Source: Candidatus Peregrinibacteria bacterium
Lineage (GTDB): Bacteria > Patescibacteriota > Gracilibacteria > UBA1369
Length of the DNA: 64,000 bases
Reading direction: 5' to 3'
Assembly (NCBI GenBank): GCA_003153355.1
Contig: PLYH01000003.1
Location: 38,325-102,324, forward strand
In this document: in pieces, positions 32,601-43,152 of the stretch
How the letters are laid out: the number at the start of each line of letters is the position of its first letter
Numbering within the stretch: the stretch's first letter is position 1
The notes under the pieces: generated by a model
The model's input: the letters and a program-made list of their open reading frames with translations, nothing else
The model's database searches: none
What the model was told of the DNA's origin: nothing
Position numbers and translations under genes: made by a program

Positions 32601-35600
32601 TAGAAATCAAAGCGATTTTAAATCTGCAGCTGGATTTCAGTCCTGTTTACGACTTTGTTCAGGGCATCGCCAACGTGTGGAACAATCTTTCGACGGATCT
32701 TGTGGAGAAACTGAACAAGTCGCTGCAAGATGCCGCTGCCGCTGCAAGTTCGGTCACTTCCGCTGCTACGGCGGGCGGAAATGCCGTGACCGGAGGCGGA
32801 GGAAATATTAACGTCGGAGGCAAATCCAGTGCAGTAATGCAATTACTCGCCCAGGTTCAATCGGCACAAACACAAGCAGGTCAAACGACCATCAGCCAGG
32901 ATGAAATTACCAAACTGTTCGCCGATAATTCACAGGCGCTTGTTGATGTGGCAAGCCTGGACGTTAACAAAGTTCCTCCGGCAAACCTCAACAAAATGCT
33001 CGCGGATCTTGAGAAGAACGATCCGATGCTCGGACATTATTTAGCCGAGTATCAACAGGCCGGAAAAGATCTTCAAAAGACCGTGGCCCAGTATGCCCAG
33101 CAAAATACGACGATTCAAAAAGATATTCATTTGGCCGCAACACAGCGTTATTTGAGCAAAGATGATCCTCTGCTCAACCAGCCGATCGACCAGATCAAGG
33201 CACGCATTTCGACTGAAGATAAACCTGAATATGACGGCCAGAAACAAGTTGCCCAGCTGCGCGATGCACTCATCGCATACACCGACGACAGCAGCCATCT
33301 GATGGATCAATTGGGAAATACTTCCGATCTGAATCAGACCGTAAGCATTCTCGCCCAGGCTCACAGTCTCAATGATTATCTGCCTCAGCCGGGACAGGAC
33401 AACAGCGGACCATTTTATGCTTCAGCTGCACAGAGTGATACAGCTGCGAACACTCCGGCTGTTGCAATGGCGAGTCTCGTGAACGATACGTTCCAGTCTT
33501 TTGCTGACGGCGTGAAGAAAGATTTAAATGATGAGCTGCCTTTGCTTGCTGATTCAGGTTTGCCTCCGGTTCCAACGACACCTGGTTCAAACGGACTTAC
33601 CGAACAGCCGAAAGGCATTTATATCTACAATGCTGATCTGGGCGTCAACGAGCGCCTGATTGAATACACTGACGAGGCCGATAGTCCGTCTCAACTTTTA
33701 TTCATGGATGTTTATAACAACGGCGTACAGGATGCCATCTACAGTTTTGGCGGAAATATTTACATGAAAGAAAACTATAACGCTCCGCGTACGAAAGTTT
33801 ATTACGGCGGAGTTCCGCAAACAAAAAATCTCATCGACTTAATTCCGGCAGCGCCGTCAGTGAACAGCTTCGTTTCAAATTATGTTAATAACAAGAGCGT
33901 TGATCTGAGCTGGAAAGCTCCGACCCAAAGCGATGTTTCCGGATACCAGATTATTTACAAACTGATGCCGGATGCTTTTGTGGAGAACATCAGTCCGATC
34001 ACTCACAAAATTGCCGTGATCGTTCAAGCAGCGGCTGCCACAGCAACACCTGCAACAGTTGTCGTGAACCAGGGAACGTATATGCTTGACGGCCAGAGTC
34101 CTCCAGATAACAAAGCGCCGTCGGGATCTTCCATTAATACGCAGGCAGGCAGTCAGATCACTCTTGATTACGGAGCTTCAGGAAAAATTACCGTTCCTGA
34201 AAATACGACTGTAAAAATTCCGGATATCACTTCTCCATATAACACTGCGCAAGACGTCAACGGAGATTTGTACTTTGACGGCACCAAGCGCACGATTGTT
34301 GTTCCAAACGCCAGCGGATTCAGCGTAACTCCAGGTGAAATCATTCACACCCTTAATCCTGCCAAGTTTACACTCAACGTGGCGGGTACTGCACAAGGGG
34401 AATACGATCTGCCGGTGAACACAGAATTTACCATTCCGACAGATATTCAAGATGCCATAAGCGTTTCTGTTTCTGACGGCGACATTGAAGTGATCGATCC
34501 TCAAACCATCGTCCAGCATCAAAAACTCATGAGCGGCCTGATGCTTGATTTTGATACGCCGATTACATCCGAAGGTGGCAGCGCGCGCGTCATGTTCGGC
34601 GACGGATCTTACGATTATATTGCCCAGGGCGAAGATCTGATGCTCAAGAAACTTGATACGCCGGATAAACCACAAGTTCATCTGGATATCACCAACGGTT
34701 TCTATTATGCGAAAATTCAATCGTTCGACCACCTGGGTTCATTAAGCACAAGCTCGGAAATGCAGCTGCTGGCTCCGTCGATCTGCGCCGATAAAGAACC
34801 GCCACTTCCGAACGGCGGACCTTCAGACCGCACAACGTACATCTTCAAGGCTCTGACGATCGATGCTTCAAAATCTTTTGATACCAACGGCAAAATTATT
34901 TCCTACTACATTGATACTGATCCGACCACAGACAGCGATCACGACGGCGATCCGACGGATGATAAGAATGTGTGCCACGACGCCGATGTAAACACCGACA
35001 CCGACGGTGACGGGATTCCGAACAATGATTGCAGCGATCCGGTCTTTAAACTCGGTCCGTATCAGGATCTTAATGACCGCAAAGTAGTGCTCAACGTGGT
35101 TGATGAATCTTTGAACCGGTCCCAGCAGCCGATCACCATTCATGTGGTGGTTCCGGGAATTTCACTTGATCAGGATGCCGCAACTTCAGGTGTGGCATCG
35201 GGCAATCTTGATGTCCAGGAAAGCGATATTCCGGTCGGCCTGATCCGTGACCGAGGCGGTGTTCTTACTCCGATTGCGACGAAGAGCGCCAATGACAAAG
35301 GCAAATATTTCACCGACGATCAGGGGAAATTTAAAGTCGGCGATATGAATTTGACCGACACGATCGTGATTAAAAACAGCAAAGGCGACATCATCGGTGA
35401 AATCGATCCGAAAACCGGCCGCATCATTTTGAAAGATCCTAATTACGAAATCGATGTTCTTCCGGCTGAAGCGCCGCTGCTGCCGACACGCGTAGTGGTC
35501 AAACAAAAGAGCGACGGAACAATTATTACCGCTCTCTTCCTGGTTCCGGATGTTAATACTGATACGACCATTGATGATCCAAACTTACCGTACAACAAAA

Positions 35601-37438
35601 ATACCACCGCCTTGTTTAAAGGCGCCCATATTAAAGATGATAATGGTTTTGACCAGTTCCAATTCAATAAGATCCCGACTAATGATCCAAGCTTCCCGGG
35701 TGGAACAGAAATTATTGATACAACAACTAAACAGAGAGCAGCTGTTCTTGATACCGGCGGCAATTTCTATCCTTATGACAGCCATTTGAGCCTTCAGCTT
35801 CAAGATACTTCCGACTTGAGTGATCCGCTCGTTATCGAAATACTTTATACAAAAGATGCTTCAACGCCTCCGGCAATTATCGGCGAGTTCAATATTGCCG
35901 TTCACAGCAATAAAGGCGTACAGATTTTATCTTCGGATAAATTCCAGACGTACACGGCACAAAATTCCCAACCGCTGCCTCAGCCGCCGAAGGTGCAGAC
36001 GATAGCGCCGGTTCCTGCGCTGCCTCAGCCGGCTCCGTTTAATGACGTGAACCCGACTACTCCGGATTACCAAAGCATCTTAAATCTTTACCAGAGACAT
36101 GTCCTTGATGATCTGCTGGGATCATCGGCCAATAAAGCTGCATTCGGCCCTGATGTTCCTCTGCTCCGTTCTGAATTTGCGGACATCATGCTGAAAATTT
36201 TCTGTATCGTTCCGAGAACGGAAGCTTACCAGTCGCCTCCTGCATTTACCGATATTCCATATGTTCAGGGAAACTTGCCTTGGTATTATGCCGTGACAAA
36301 AGAAGCTTATTTCCGCGGATTTATTACAGGATATAAAGCTGAAATTGATCCTACCACCGGTAAAACACCGTTCAAACCTGATGCAAATATCAGCAGAGCG
36401 GAAGCTGTCAAAATCATTCTTGAAGCTTTGCAGAAACAGGGCGTGATTGATATGGGACAAGTTCCGGTCGTTGCTCCTTACTATGCTCCGTATATCCAGA
36501 TTGCCCAGGATCTTACGCCTTACCTTAAAGAAAAGAGCCTTGTCAGCCAGCCTTATATTATTACGGCGGACGAAGCAACGAAGCCTGATGAGATTCTTAC
36601 AAGAAGCGAATTTATCGCCATGGCGGACCGTGTCCTCAAAGCTTACGACTGTTATACGGGCGGCAGCTCTTTCATCAACAGCATAACGCCGAATGTCGGA
36701 CCAAGTTCCGGCGGAACTGCAGTTACCATCAGCGGCGCTAATTTTTCACCGAATTCCACACTGACTTTCAACGGCGTTCCTGCCGATAATGTAAAAATTA
36801 TAAACTCAACAACAATCCAGGCTGATTCTCCTGCTCAATCCGGCCCCGGACCTGCGGATGTCGTTGTCACCAATCCAAATTCTGCGTCAACGGTGTTAAA
36901 AAATGGTTTCACGTATCAAGGTTGCAGTCCAAAAGTGAGCAGTATAACTCCGAATTCCGGACCGATGCCGGGAGGTACCGTCATAACCGTTAAGGGCTCC
37001 TGTTTCAATGATCAAACGGCACTTGATCTTCAATCAAAAGGTAATGGCTTACCTGCTCATGTGACGAAAGTTGTTGTTTTGAACAGTACGACGATCGTCG
37101 CAGAAACACCGCCTGATGTCACAGCTGGTCCGGCTGATCTGATTGCTACAAATCCTAACTTCCCGCCAGATACGTTTAACAATGGTTACACCTATACAAC
37201 ACCTCCGGCTGAAAATAATGTTGATCCTCGGCAAAACCTTGGCGAAGGCATCTATGTCATACAGCCGCAATGTAATGTATGTCCTTGTCCTTCAACCATC
37301 GATCACACCGCGGACATTATTCCAGGCGACAAACTTTTTGCGGTAATTTCCAATGACGACAATTCTCAAATCTTCAGCAAGAGTAACGTCGTTGAAATTA
37401 CCGCCATTCCCGAAACCCCTCCAGTAACCGCCGAATAA
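20609..37438 (+). CDS. giant (5609 aa) exported multidomain surface protein
   Basis: Uninterrupted ORF with signal peptide. Recognisable parts: DxDxDG Ca-binding repeats (about 26150-26680), two SLH clusters (about 25480-26150 and 36030-36650), invasin/Big-like Ig domains, FG-GAP repeats (about 29190-29640), DUF11-like, Cys- and Pro-rich region, FN3, PKD-like, two IPT/TIG domains. Confidence 0.92.
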   Translation: MQTFRSQYKNFQRNIAGFLIFSLGVQMLQIPIVNAAPFVFPTSLEQQANTGSNTVAENNWGVVAILVESSLLTDTTNYPGMISSYASDLKAQSLSDRIQRYAIDVQSSQEYTKSLIIKVDKNEKVDQVAAALEKLYQEGDGTPNEITKLSGVVIIGDVPLPVVNKKGNHFVSLFPYTNFVDKAYIFNATSGEYEPNPDLKFPKQDVWDGVIKPPVADDTAGDDGRQLLASYFDKNHLFHLGRPDFAQFDKKSLVADLYNEFKGMNTSSYASYLRYLAHWEDFSYLRYSKTLALQFYQEVQSQLKDQGLTDQQLQPKSTCDPQCVIQKNSRNSDFDGDGYSNGYELEVGTKLADGTNQPTDPNSPDSVPLDLTAFPPKLRTDPDPKTYKSTDDGSHLDRPDPPPGSSSVEDSFKTLPDVQSKQIITNFIDQYSQLFDKFLGVVNDWTDNTGRYKSSYLDGGGINQSDVNSLSSLIGIKDDYTSHYLRMVNDTVEQKIDAVIEGAVSNIGYTFNSVPEGTQLFFNFTLGSGSTASLAPGMNLRISDNAGGSSVVTVTSIVNSSSFIVQQVVGPIAKGANVVIVNPGARLYGQVQMLKGAKITGTLTYSSDNSVHNLTEADFLNFSTHTLGFWDSLFINGSAIASSFPASLGSLFNPASSIASCMLYRGSNDNTGKNSVMVQAVRTLDPKTAGKPGDNTAYAECYGNNILHPERCFPVAAQSPIFDINGTKAITPGTVSDAATDYRSCFDFKEKTRFQDYVNEVNNYISQLDGADNEQAKSAIALPGSPYRPADQINLYNADGITITLADILNSFGRGDGKDNDGDGVIDNAAESSTTYGIPVNDWQRIGQTLLQKSQSYLFNGTPEPFAGVKSLSLQVDPAAATDSSSNNVYLDSITYHKDPTNQTIADQLKAGGYANSMPIDNPRYVTFQDKSTDKTYRKVVYPDVFQATSYDDFVNQLKAKETEIQNIANASGISVNMSGQLTGLVNGSQDIFTSPNDTALTIAGSADLTDSFAWRDMNIDTKHAYALSHYLSNLASYNPYAAPVPSGYETTYIVSKPAEDPVTKQTSDALVMRFNGNYPQSEVDPDFQAGQNPPTTPITGPGGGAPSNSSGDFGSFCGQSGPSVIIFSWFCAITDWVKQTAKLMSATVSLQPACTIPTSSLNDALPAPLPSNDLGTGPNGEVQPGGTGGPDKTTKFLISASKDALKTGSSDTLIINIEGVSGSNVVQTGDSKTLVDLNISQVNGKDIAVPISTHPAQLHNGTANITLESTSDEGVFTVKGISPSTPSLGSNTLSIASTKGYISILTYTKNGSLNLGQITGAGFIIKNKDDKIVADVDGTTGMVTITDSGYQLIALPSKADKAARLGVQEKATGTVIASVFFVVDKTKPVVLDDETMDYFAKYKDLTGVHVQDLNIADPYSVETVGADNVSNPSGAYIYLNQGTNKKKIGIVDTMGNIFIDPSLGFQMKPAATSSSPVVFQITDGSGKELFNVYLAAKYPKIQILAPSGDFQDFNLIAFENNMKAAGMSTISQGVGSMLSGKLLGYLDSTVATTAHAQDVSSTQNFSSSQQVKHQIPDTDNDGLNNMDEIILGTAYKNPDTNGNGTKDGQDILKGIDPIKPGNVPIFSDINPSSEGFADIMKLYRRGILHGYPDGTFRPDRAISREEFTKFDLGSICILCAHFNDAIKKAVDLIYHQSPFPDKNITSSLLYCVEESKNRSLISGYQAGPQKGYFIPQANITHAEATKDLLETARQQNNTSIKFVDPSVGAGKPWFYTYVLTAQQEKLFPPGRFSQLDTMDPQSFKAWFDNELNNQNSTFVAWLYADITRTEFAMMTSRLIDKADCYLDDQDGDGLPDNYEKYVFGTDPTNPDTDKGGVDDGTEVANGMNPLDPSDDAKLLDSDGDGLSDYDEIHVYHTDPHKADTDGGGIDDGTEVKNGTNPLDPKDDHLFDGDHDGMPDEWELKNGLNPHDASDANKDPDGDGLTNLQEYQHGTDPHNPDTDGGGVNDGDEVLRGTDPLNKADDHKILKGDEGGYIVGDKVFDNYVYGTPSDSATVGSESLDYIDDIPADGQTSLVVRAEVKNGNGDTDKTTDGETMEFKTSENNTGPYAVLNPTAVKVKQGIAETNIQATTLAGEYIVTADLKGLPVPADDHSVFVTPLDPAKIVMDADSHTLKNGGLSNTIIHAKLEDVNGNLANNNSYRASFTVDGPGTLDASKDEDPATDGIQMTSVTGTYDLMLTTTADPGAIKIHATYLPDTSLLDDSGSTQQSDTQQAAASSVTGDMTIQSRSDLKLLVNADKSSIPSDFTTTDVLNVSIVDGSNNLVSDFDGTAKFNLDNTSLGQLTAGAEQDVKSGISKAIFQSSNHSGSENITVTVAGFDPATTTIKTLPKAAKKITLETPRATIENNTSSTADIVAKLYDTDDNFASNDSSTFVTFNLTDDTKAYGTFDGSTTVQAQNGIAKITIRGTSQSGPLNVVAKGTNLVTASASLESVQLFRSQDLKNASPRTLFAALLGSDYGNVFDENYFGGWFVFSGTTESAVSLLSAPKPNLQLANVDANGKVTVFDTNSLDSRVIPGNAPNLPTRVVLTNPDSSEDLAEVFTVYKPTSQTKATILDASGQVDPTQEGIYVQSIAKNTDYSIQQVSDGVAILKKGNEAVHVYNSGSIKIVDNSFQLQLVQSDTQQFLTFKVTDNSEDVAQLTAVANLSNDVGLLGTDFNFNGTASLKSGTYFHMLSDKDQYRGQVTFSGDSSANPRGMALTDMTQNMPKSQAPGFSYISLEASPEQAGIGYTGDSKFMLLFAAGNSAGESTMPYSSEIGVVLGDPTVRLNNKINVSKTGYTKDVGQEIYFGSENIQDITPMDYNGDGLTDLLVAYTDGRVRLLQNNKANPRFVDKGILLDFPNGIISMTTGDFNHDGLQDLVVATKDSCRQGEVCINEYENHHGNFVLKYLPLQPFTDKNQISMIRSADLNGDGYDDLITSDDTGAIRAFYNKHGEFDTNGQFIGSLGLHIDNTKNLKTEVLVAYDGMPVNDPNKTDDDQYFVDLQVTKNQSDLTAADKANLGTDSNGNSQILSPGDAAGLAGLQGGPAKITLPPATVQVPEPFVYLDADLDVSHSLITSEKRAKDATEPYNVLADNDTVQYSVILKNTSSHDLNNFMFSDIAPSNMTLDQTTMQCSDCGKSDNLKFDATGESMRPYIVSGFSIPAGQTRTFTYSGVVGSTPRVKIFTGKNLTKSLPSNALPMIGASPDRNTSGRMTYYYATSVDPVTQYVNYSSFTTPPSSPAPITPGNPQFPNFPTSNGDLGSVNSDGVPNSVAGFEQGLMNNDSDGDGLPNLYDDLNGGLNSIANATQGILAALSCSQGCIPMPLNFAFLAPGVINALGIPVGFDPGTPIFCWGVPPLLFIGAGPICYGSLAGRLYLSPTLTASLGMGICLGPYLAGQCFAFKLPIDMIPSGICDAIQSGIDNAMSSASSAINSAGNSGMIQSGQSADSTGRSTTGGMSGSTNLGNYSYSASVGTNFRIPSFPAVITKWLEDQSSEIVNKLTDLPDFYFIYPDVNSIAGAFVPQKGANQGGGQPQAGVLQSLNPTGPSQGGNQVPSFSSNPLASDPAKSVFRTVLSSPSKILSYLNSIPLIQIQSQEVAIKIPALTAAEIAKLKADAQQWVEDERNEVNRALQVWSCGYEQLDQNWTPQKSGTNGTPGASASPYQTMCDKLIVDMSALRNSVEKNLDALQKYLELPRKILAWKNIAAKYLYQIICYLDTIMQYTGGYIKKQTVRVLTWIGMIKKIRQLLETWKLIISLIVDYQASCDRCSSSRFTLLQLILQLFAAIPSPPIIPFPKLPDIYLDVSQIQIGLHILWPDIKFIPERILLPKIPRITLPDLPTLTLHLPAIPILPDPPNLPELPDLPPLPLPTLPDIPPAPAVPGLPDQIKAVIEILKTIIKIICLIRKGLIPIPELNLKSQIEQLTERPLTPLIPLDLAAMLQIPPIKYQYVDHIEIKAILNLQLDFSPVYDFVQGIANVWNNLSTDLVEKLNKSLQDAAAAASSVTSAATAGGNAVTGGGGNINVGGKSSAVMQLLAQVQSAQTQAGQTTISQDEITKLFADNSQALVDVASLDVNKVPPANLNKMLADLEKNDPMLGHYLAEYQQAGKDLQKTVAQYAQQNTTIQKDIHLAATQRYLSKDDPLLNQPIDQIKARISTEDKPEYDGQKQVAQLRDALIAYTDDSSHLMDQLGNTSDLNQTVSILAQAHSLNDYLPQPGQDNSGPFYASAAQSDTAANTPAVAMASLVNDTFQSFADGVKKDLNDELPLLADSGLPPVPTTPGSNGLTEQPKGIYIYNADLGVNERLIEYTDEADSPSQLLFMDVYNNGVQDAIYSFGGNIYMKENYNAPRTKVYYGGVPQTKNLIDLIPAAPSVNSFVSNYVNNKSVDLSWKAPTQSDVSGYQIIYKLMPDAFVENISPITHKIAVIVQAAAATATPATVVVNQGTYMLDGQSPPDNKAPSGSSINTQAGSQITLDYGASGKITVPENTTVKIPDITSPYNTAQDVNGDLYFDGTKRTIVVPNASGFSVTPGEIIHTLNPAKFTLNVAGTAQGEYDLPVNTEFTIPTDIQDAISVSVSDGDIEVIDPQTIVQHQKLMSGLMLDFDTPITSEGGSARVMFGDGSYDYIAQGEDLMLKKLDTPDKPQVHLDITNGFYYAKIQSFDHLGSLSTSSEMQLLAPSICADKEPPLPNGGPSDRTTYIFKALTIDASKSFDTNGKIISYYIDTDPTTDSDHDGDPTDDKNVCHDADVNTDTDGDGIPNNDCSDPVFKLGPYQDLNDRKVVLNVVDESLNRSQQPITIHVVVPGISLDQDAATSGVASGNLDVQESDIPVGLIRDRGGVLTPIATKSANDKGKYFTDDQGKFKVGDMNLTDTIVIKNSKGDIIGEIDPKTGRIILKDPNYEIDVLPAEAPLLPTRVVVKQKSDGTIITALFLVPDVNTDTTIDDPNLPYNKNTTALFKGAHIKDDNGFDQFQFNKIPTNDPSFPGGTEIIDTTTKQRAAVLDTGGNFYPYDSHLSLQLQDTSDLSDPLVIEILYTKDASTPPAIIGEFNIAVHSNKGVQILSSDKFQTYTAQNSQPLPQPPKVQTIAPVPALPQPAPFNDVNPTTPDYQSILNLYQRHVLDDLLGSSANKAAFGPDVPLLRSEFADIMLKIFCIVPRTEAYQSPPAFTDIPYVQGNLPWYYAVTKEAYFRGFITGYKAEIDPTTGKTPFKPDANISRAEAVKIILEALQKQGVIDMGQVPVVAPYYAPYIQIAQDLTPYLKEKSLVSQPYIITADEATKPDEILTRSEFIAMADRVLKAYDCYTGGSSFINSITPNVGPSSGGTAVTISGANFSPNSTLTFNGVPADNVKIINSTTIQADSPAQSGPGPADVVVTNPNSASTVLKNGFTYQGCSPKVSSITPNSGPMPGGTVITVKGSCFNDQTALDLQSKGNGLPAHVTKVVVLNSTTIVAETPPDVTAGPADLIATNPNFPPDTFNNGYTYTTPPAENNVDPRQNLGEGIYVIQPQCNVCPCPSTIDHTADIIPGDKLFAVISNDDNSQIFSKSNVVEITAIPETPPVTAE

Positions 37439-37467
37439 TTCCGCAAAATATGCTATAATAAAAAGAT

Positions 37468-38085
37468 ATGAAAAAGCTGATCCCACAATTCAAATTTAAG
37501 CCTCTCACCATGACGGTGATCCTGGCTATGGTGCTGTTTTTCGGAAACTCGCTCCGTCCGACCGAGGCTCAGGTTGCCGCACCTCCGGTTCCATATCCTG
37601 TTGCTCCGGCGGTTGGCGATACAACCGCAGCAAACAACGCCTGCGCTCCGGCAATGGCTGATTTTTCATCAAAACTGCTTGCTGATTTCCGGACATTTTT
37701 GGATACGAATTTCCAGAATAAAGCATCCACCTCGTCGTTGCTTGGAGTTGCCATGGCCAAATACACCCAGATGCGCGATCAACTCTATACGGCCTGGGGC
37801 CAATACTTTCCGAATCAGGGCGTTCCACTCGCCACCAGCGGCGTTCAGCCGGGACAATGTTTACAGATTGTGAACCAGACTCTTTCCGATGCCCAGATTC
37901 TTTTAAGAGACCACGCAGTTCGGACTTCGGGTGTGAAAAAATCCACGGCGCTGCTGGAAAAATATCAGCAGATTAACGCCGAGCTCGCCAATTTATACCA
38001 ACAGTTTGTTTATATGCAGGGATATTTGAATAGTTTTTCCAATAAACTGCCCTGCTACGTCAAAAAGAATTGCGTCAAAGGTTAA
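37468..38085 (+). CDS. exported helical hypothetical protein
   Basis: Signal peptide; ends …KLPCYVKKNCVKG. Confidence 0.85.
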   Translation: MKKLIPQFKFKPLTMTVILAMVLFFGNSLRPTEAQVAAPPVPYPVAPAVGDTTAANNACAPAMADFSSKLLADFRTFLDTNFQNKASTSSLLGVAMAKYTQMRDQLYTAWGQYFPNQGVPLATSGVQPGQCLQIVNQTLSDAQILLRDHAVRTSGVKKSTALLEKYQQINAELANLYQQFVYMQGYLNSFSNKLPCYVKKNCVKG

Positions 38086-38086
38086 T

Positions 38087-38929
38087 ATGAAAAAATATCT
38101 TCCTACAATCAGTCTGTTTGTTCTGGGAATACTCCTCGTCTCGATGAGTGCGATGGTGTTTACCTCTAAAGCACAACAAGCGAATCTGAAAAACCCCTAT
38201 GATTCAGGAACTTTAGGCGTGGACGATATTATCGATACCTATAACAACAACATCAACAAGGCGTTCAACAACTACATCAAACTGATGATGACGAATATGC
38301 AGACGAATCCCGATGATCCGAACGGCAAGCCTTTTCATGCCGACGGAACTCCATTCAGTGTTTCCGACTGCTTTAACAGTCCTCAGAACTACAGCACGTT
38401 TTGCGTGGCCGCTAATTTGCTGGGAGGCAATTCGGATGATTGCCCAGCTGTAACGAAGGATAAAACGACTCCGCTTTCCGAAGGCATGGACGCCTTCTGC
38501 CAACTCGGCGGTAATGCTCTGCCTTTGCAGGGATATATGAATTTCATCGCGGCTTTAAAAAAGCGCACACAAAATATTTTCGATACGCAGGCTGATCAGC
38601 AGTGCTTTATTTCAAAGGTTCCGGTCGCCGGTCCGGTTGTCGGAAAATCTTTGTGTTCCACATCAGCATTTTTTGGTTCAATTCCTCTCATCAATCAAAT
38701 CGTAAAAAGAAAAACCGATATCAATCAGGCCATGGATACTGCAAAAAAAGCTCTGGACCAGACTCTTTCCGCGTATGATCAATTGAAAATCGCATGGCCC
38801 ATTCATTTGAAGTACATAAAAATTTATGCCGATCTGGAAAAATACCGCGACAAGATTGTGGACATCCGCCACCAGACGGACATCTTCCCGAAGAAATTTA
38901 TCGATCTTACCACCACGGCCTGCACCTAA
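38087..38929 (+). CDS. exported hypothetical protein, Cys-containing
   Basis: Signal peptide; ends …IDLTTTACT. Confidence 0.85.
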   Translation: MKKYLPTISLFVLGILLVSMSAMVFTSKAQQANLKNPYDSGTLGVDDIIDTYNNNINKAFNNYIKLMMTNMQTNPDDPNGKPFHADGTPFSVSDCFNSPQNYSTFCVAANLLGGNSDDCPAVTKDKTTPLSEGMDAFCQLGGNALPLQGYMNFIAALKKRTQNIFDTQADQQCFISKVPVAGPVVGKSLCSTSAFFGSIPLINQIVKRKTDINQAMDTAKKALDQTLSAYDQLKIAWPIHLKYIKIYADLEKYRDKIVDIRHQTDIFPKKFIDLTTTACT

Positions 38930-38933
38930 ACCT

Positions 38934-40775
38934 ATGATGAAAAAATTTCTCTACACGATAGGCTTTCTGATGTTTTCCTCTGCACTGTTCAGTCCACTGA
39001 TCAGCGGTACGGCTTTGGGCCAAAGTACGGGAAATGCCGGGAAGGGTGTCGTTGATAATTCCACCTGGGTTGCACCGGCCCTCCAGCTTAATATTCCCGA
39101 TAAAGACTGGTCGGCAACTTTCGGTGAAACCGATCCGACACAGGTCGGGCAGGATCTTTATACAATGGTTTACAACAAAATGAACGTTGCTCCGTCTCAA
39201 AAGGCTTTTAAAGACACGACCGGCGCTTATGGAGCGACGCAGTCTGACATGGTGCGGCTTCTGAATAATGATTTTAGTCCGATTCTGGCCAAAAGTCCTT
39301 ATCTGACCCAGGCTCAGGCCATCAAAAAAATGCAGGAAATTCAGCAGCACTATCAGCAGGACATGGCTGTGCAGTCCGTTCAGGCCGATATTGATGCCGA
39401 AGTCACTCCCAATGAAATTTTCGAGAACGGCGATACGTCCGATTCGGGTTTTGATCTGATTAACGATCTCAATAATATTGAAAATATTCTTTTCAAAAAA
39501 ATGGACCCGATCGATGTCGGCGGGAATTTCAACGGCAGCTCCAGCGGCGGCAGCGGAACAACCGGCGGCGGTGCGAACAATTCAAGCACAAACGGCCCGG
39601 CCTCGACCTCTTCCGGATCTACGTCTGGCGGCGGCACCACCACCGGTTCAACATCAAGTCCTCTGACCGGGAGCGGAAGTCAGCAAGTGACCGGCACTCA
39701 ACCCGGTGGAACTCAGGAAGTTTCAACTTCCGGAATAGGACCCGCACCAAGTGCAGCCGATAATCCAAATATCTGTTTCGGCAACCAGCAGCTTAATCAA
39801 GCTCTTGATGCTTTTAACACTCAGCAGTCTTCTGATCCCCGTTTTAAAGAAACGCCGACGGTAACTCCGCCAGCGCCGGCGCCTGCGCCTGCACCGGCAC
39901 CATCGCCGTCACCATCACCAAGTCCGGGTCCATCACCGTCACCGACTCCTTCACCAAGTCCGAGTCCGACGCCACAACCTGCTCCTACTCCGCCTCCTCC
40001 ATTTACCTATAATCCCCCATCTACTCCGGCGGTTCAACCGGCCCCTGCAGCCAACTGGCTGCAAGCGCCTCCTTGCGGCCAGGTCATGTGCATACAGGTA
40101 AATTTTGTTATGACAACCGCTTCGGCCTACACCGATTCGGACAACTGCATCGCCTGCCATATTGAAAAAATCAACGAAAAACTCAAAGCGACCATTAACC
40201 ACAGTCTGATTCCCGGCAAAGCAACGGGAAATCTGATCGAACCCGGAATCTGTAAATCAGCTACCGCAGATCTGATCGGATCACTGAATATGCGTTTCTT
40301 TGCGATTTCCAAACCTGTAAAAACGCCGATCAACGATGATCTCATTTACGGCACCAACACCGTCGATGAATGGAATAAATTCCTCACGACCTATAAACCT
40401 TTCCCTTTTTACTCGATGAATGTTCCTGATCCAAAGAACAAAACCCAGGATACATTCATTCCAACGGTTCCGGACAGTGCGGCGAAAGCGGCCGTTATGT
40501 ATTCAACTCCTGACACCACTCTTGGACAAATCAGTGCCGGCATCCAACAGCAGATTACGGCTACGGCGAATCATGTCGCACAGGCGGCCACGGTTTATGA
40601 CGCTTCGATCAAAACGGATTCCGACAGCAGTTTCCTCCAGTCCATCCAGAAGGAACTTGACCAAATGAACTACTACTTTGACAGTTTCCAGAATATTCTC
40701 GCAAGCATTAACTCGACCTCCAGCGATAACCCCGGAGCCTGCCAAACCCTTGCCACTAAAAATGATTGCTCATAA
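38934..40775 (+). CDS. exported hypothetical protein with G/S/T and Pro-rich linkers and one CxxCH
   Basis: MMKKFLYTIG signal peptide at 38934; PA/PS repeats; CIACH; ends …KNDCS. Confidence 0.85.
   Translation: MMKKFLYTIGFLMFSSALFSPLISGTALGQSTGNAGKGVVDNSTWVAPALQLNIPDKDWSATFGETDPTQVGQDLYTMVYNKMNVAPSQKAFKDTTGAYGATQSDMVRLLNNDFSPILAKSPYLTQAQAIKKMQEIQQHYQQDMAVQSVQADIDAEVTPNEIFENGDTSDSGFDLINDLNNIENILFKKMDPIDVGGNFNGSSSGGSGTTGGGANNSSTNGPASTSSGSTSGGGTTTGSTSSPLTGSGSQQVTGTQPGGTQEVSTSGIGPAPSAADNPNICFGNQQLNQALDAFNTQQSSDPRFKETPTVTPPAPAPAPAPAPSPSPSPSPGPSPSPTPSPSPSPTPQPAPTPPPPFTYNPPSTPAVQPAPAANWLQAPPCGQVMCIQVNFVMTTASAYTDSDNCIACHIEKINEKLKATINHSLIPGKATGNLIEPGICKSATADLIGSLNMRFFAISKPVKTPINDDLIYGTNTVDEWNKFLTTYKPFPFYSMNVPDPKNKTQDTFIPTVPDSAAKAAVMYSTPDTTLGQISAGIQQQITATANHVAQAATVYDASIKTDSDSSFLQSIQKELDQMNYYFDSFQNILASINSTSSDNPGACQTLATKNDCS
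39860..40000 (+). repeat. (PA)n/(PS)n coding low-complexity linker
   Basis: PPAPAPAPAPAPSPSPSPSPGPSPSPTPSPSPSPTP. Confidence 0.8.
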
Positions 40776-40778
40776 TAT

Positions 40779-41861
40779 ATGAAACACTTACGAAACCTTA
40801 CAATTGGGATGATGATTGCGGTCATGACAGTGACCCAGGTAGCTTTTGCCCAAACCGGAGATGCTTCCGGCAACGGCGGCGCAGTCGTTTGCCGCAACGG
40901 CGCCAGAGATTATGGCACTTTCCTTTCCTCGGTCATCAGCTACAACGGCTTTACCGAGTACTGGAAAGACATTATCGTCCGCTATAATCACAATATGTGT
41001 CTGTTTCTGGACATTGATAATCTTCTGAACCGGATTGATAAAACGCGTCAGCAGATCCGCAATGCCTTTTATACCTGCGACGCCAGCGCTCCGAAACTGC
41101 GTACTTTATATTATCAGCTTGAGGCCGAGCTTTTCTTTTTGCGCGATTATGTGGATTTTGATGATGACGGCAACATTATTTTCAAATCGCAAAACGTTAT
41201 CACGTCGGATTTCACCGATTACACCGTCAGTAAGATGAATTTCTTTTCCCCGGCAGATGCGCAAACTCTTTTGCAGACGCTCTTTGGCAAATATAACGCA
41301 AAAAAGGATGCGTACTTGAATTGCGCTGATCCGACGTGGGGCAATTTGATCCAGAAATGGAATGAGTTCAAGTCATCACTTGGCGGATTCACCGCGATTC
41401 AAGATGCCGCCGAAACGATCAGTAAACGCTGGGACGATGCGGTCAATACGCCTTTCAAGCGCACAGGAGGTTTGTTCGGAGGATTGCTCGATACCAAAAT
41501 CAACGGGCTTGATCCTGCAACGGCCTGGGGCGACATTTCCGCTGAACTCCAGAGAAATGCCATTTCTACGGTCCCGGTTTCTTCGGGTCAGATTGCAGCA
41601 GCAACTCAACAGGGCACATTAGGTTTTTCTTACGATAAATTTTTGCAAACTGCGGCTTCAGACGCCAGTCTTCATGATCAGGAACTTGAACGCACCCAAT
41701 TTTTAGCTCAGTACGGTCAAACTTACCAGCAAAGCTCCGCCAATATCGCACAAGCGATCATCGACAAAGTGAATGCCCTTGATACATCAATCCAGGCTAC
41801 TTTCCCATTAATTACTCAAACTTCCCAATGCGCCAAAACTGTTAACGGCAGGGTTTGCTAG
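40779..41861 (+). CDS. exported helical hypothetical protein
   Basis: Signal peptide ending AFA; ends …SQCAKTVNGRVC. Confidence 0.85.
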   Translation: MKHLRNLTIGMMIAVMTVTQVAFAQTGDASGNGGAVVCRNGARDYGTFLSSVISYNGFTEYWKDIIVRYNHNMCLFLDIDNLLNRIDKTRQQIRNAFYTCDASAPKLRTLYYQLEAELFFLRDYVDFDDDGNIIFKSQNVITSDFTDYTVSKMNFFSPADAQTLLQTLFGKYNAKKDAYLNCADPTWGNLIQKWNEFKSSLGGFTAIQDAAETISKRWDDAVNTPFKRTGGLFGGLLDTKINGLDPATAWGDISAELQRNAISTVPVSSGQIAAATQQGTLGFSYDKFLQTAASDASLHDQELERTQFLAQYGQTYQQSSANIAQAIIDKVNALDTSIQATFPLITQTSQCAKTVNGRVC

Positions 41862-41884
41862 CAATTTTCATTTTCAGAGAGATT

Positions 41885-41919
41885 AAAAAAATCCCCAACG
41901 CAACGGTTGGGGATTTTTT
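41885..41919. terminator. bidirectional intrinsic terminator
   Basis: AAAAAAATCCCCAAC-gcaacg-GTTGGGGATTTTTT between convergent units. Confidence 0.85.
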
Positions 41920-42003
41920 GTGCTTTTCTAGGGCCATAGGTGAGGTTTCTTCTGGAGCATTGATGTATAGCTCCATAGTTCCGCAATCGGAACGGCTGAA
42001 TCA

Positions 42004-42195
42004 TCAGCGGAGAACGAATGAGAAGATGGTTCCTTTGGTTCGTTCTTTTAATTGAGTCTTCTCTTTATTGTTAATGGAAACATGAGACCTTCCTTCCATT
42101 ATTTCAATAATCTCGGCGTTCGAAGTCCGGCAGTACATGCAGTTCGGACGTCTGCTGGAGATTGAGATACCGCAATTTGTGCAGTTAAATATCAT
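42004..42195 (-). CDS. small zinc-ribbon protein
   Basis: CTNC-x10-CMYC; starts 9 nt after the HTH gene stop. Confidence 0.6.
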   Translation of the reverse strand: MIFNCTNCGISISSRRPNCMYCRTSNAEIIEIMEGRSHVSINNKEKTQLKERTKGTIFSFVLR

Positions 42196-42204
42196 GTGAG
42201 ATTG

Positions 42205-42669
42205 CTAGTCGAGGATGTAATGATCCATTTCGTCGGTGCGACTTTGATTAGGGGTTCCTTGTTGTTCTTTTTTTTTGCTTATAATAGATGGAACGAAACT
42301 TTCTTTTTCAGGTTCTGGAATGGTTTCTTCTGCCTCCAGGAGATTTTCATCTGTCACTCCGGCTTCCTTTACCTTTTTTGATCCTTTCTTTGGTATCTTT
42401 GATGATTTTAATTCGGTTGGTGGTGCCAAGTGATTCTTGTCCGGTGCGTTTGGCATATCTGCTTCCTTAGGAGTAGTCCTATTCGACTTACTCACAGCAG
42501 CAGCCTCCTGCTCGTCCAGGAATTTGTTGACGTCACTTTCGCGAATTCTGTATACCCTTCCAAGCCTGCTTGCCCTCAATTTGCCTTGTTTTATAAACTT
42601 CAAGACAGTGAAGGGGTGTACCTGCAGAATTTGTGCAACTTGGTCAGGTGTAAGGATCTTTTCGTCCAT
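42205..42669 (-). CDS. excisionase-like (HTH_17/BldC-like) DNA-binding protein with charged disordered tail
   Basis: ILTPDQVAQILQVHPFTVLKFIKQGKLRASRLGRVYRIRESDV. Confidence 0.88.
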   Translation of the reverse strand: MDEKILTPDQVAQILQVHPFTVLKFIKQGKLRASRLGRVYRIRESDVNKFLDEQEAAAVSKSNRTTPKEADMPNAPDKNHLAPPTELKSSKIPKKGSKKVKEAGVTDENLLEAEETIPEPEKESFVPSIISKKKEQQGTPNQSRTDEMDHYILD

Positions 42670-42787
42670 TTCTTTAAACTTTAAATAAGGTTTTTTTGAT
42701 TTTTTATACCTTATCTAAGTTTAGCATATTTTCAAACAACGAACAATGATGTATACCTCTGTTTATTTATTTTTATCTATCGGGAAT

Positions 42788-42816
42788 GTTATATCATAAA
42801 AAAGAACACTTTTCAA
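42788..42816 (-). promoter_or_regulatory. probable promoter of the HTH gene
   Basis: TTGAAA-17 nt-TATAAC with extended -10 TG. Confidence 0.5.
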
Positions 42817-42830
42817 TAATTCTAGCAACT

Positions 42831-42950
42831 TCATTTTATTCTATTAAATTCTATTAAACTTTATCTAAACATGTTTTAAACATTGCTAAATTCTCTATTT
42901 TATTATACTTTATTAAATTTTAGGCAATTTTAGGCAATTTAATTAAATCT
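42831..42950. repeat. degenerate ~10-bp phased direct repeat array
   Basis: CTATTAAATT, CTATTAAACT, TTATCTAAAC … TATTATACTT, TATTAAATTT, TAGGCAATTT x2, AATTAAATCT. Confidence 0.6.
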
Positions 42951-43106
42951 TTTATGAGTTTTTCGTAAAATCGTCAACTTTGCACCGCAAAAGACTGTTC
43001 AAAACTTTTCCTGTCAATTTTTGAAAATTTTTGTCCGATTTTTGTTGTTCTACAGCGATAAATCCGTCTTCACCTTAAAATTTGACGTTAAAATGGGAGA
43101 AATTAC

Positions 43107-43134
43107 AAAAAAGGCCGATGAGTACCATCGGCCT
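43107..43134 (-). terminator. intrinsic terminator
   Basis: AGGCCGATG-gtact-CATCGGCCT followed by a T run on the minus strand. Confidence 0.8.
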
Positions 43135-43152
43135 GATAAAATCGACGATTAC

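Noticed and set aside
41953..41993. Two small hairpins after the zinc-ribbon ORF as an ncRNA
   Set aside because: They are only 6-bp stems in a probable 3' UTR, which is insufficient evidence.
42205..42669. Excisionase as a sign of a prophage or ICE
   Set aside because: No integrase, att-bearing tRNA or phage genes are in the window.
42831..42950. Repeat array as CRISPR
   Set aside because: The units are about 10 bp, degenerate and unspaced, and there are no cas genes.
42670..43100. AT-rich region as replication origin
   Set aside because: I saw no DnaA boxes (TTATCCACA), dnaA/dnaN are not nearby, and the flanking genes are not divergent.
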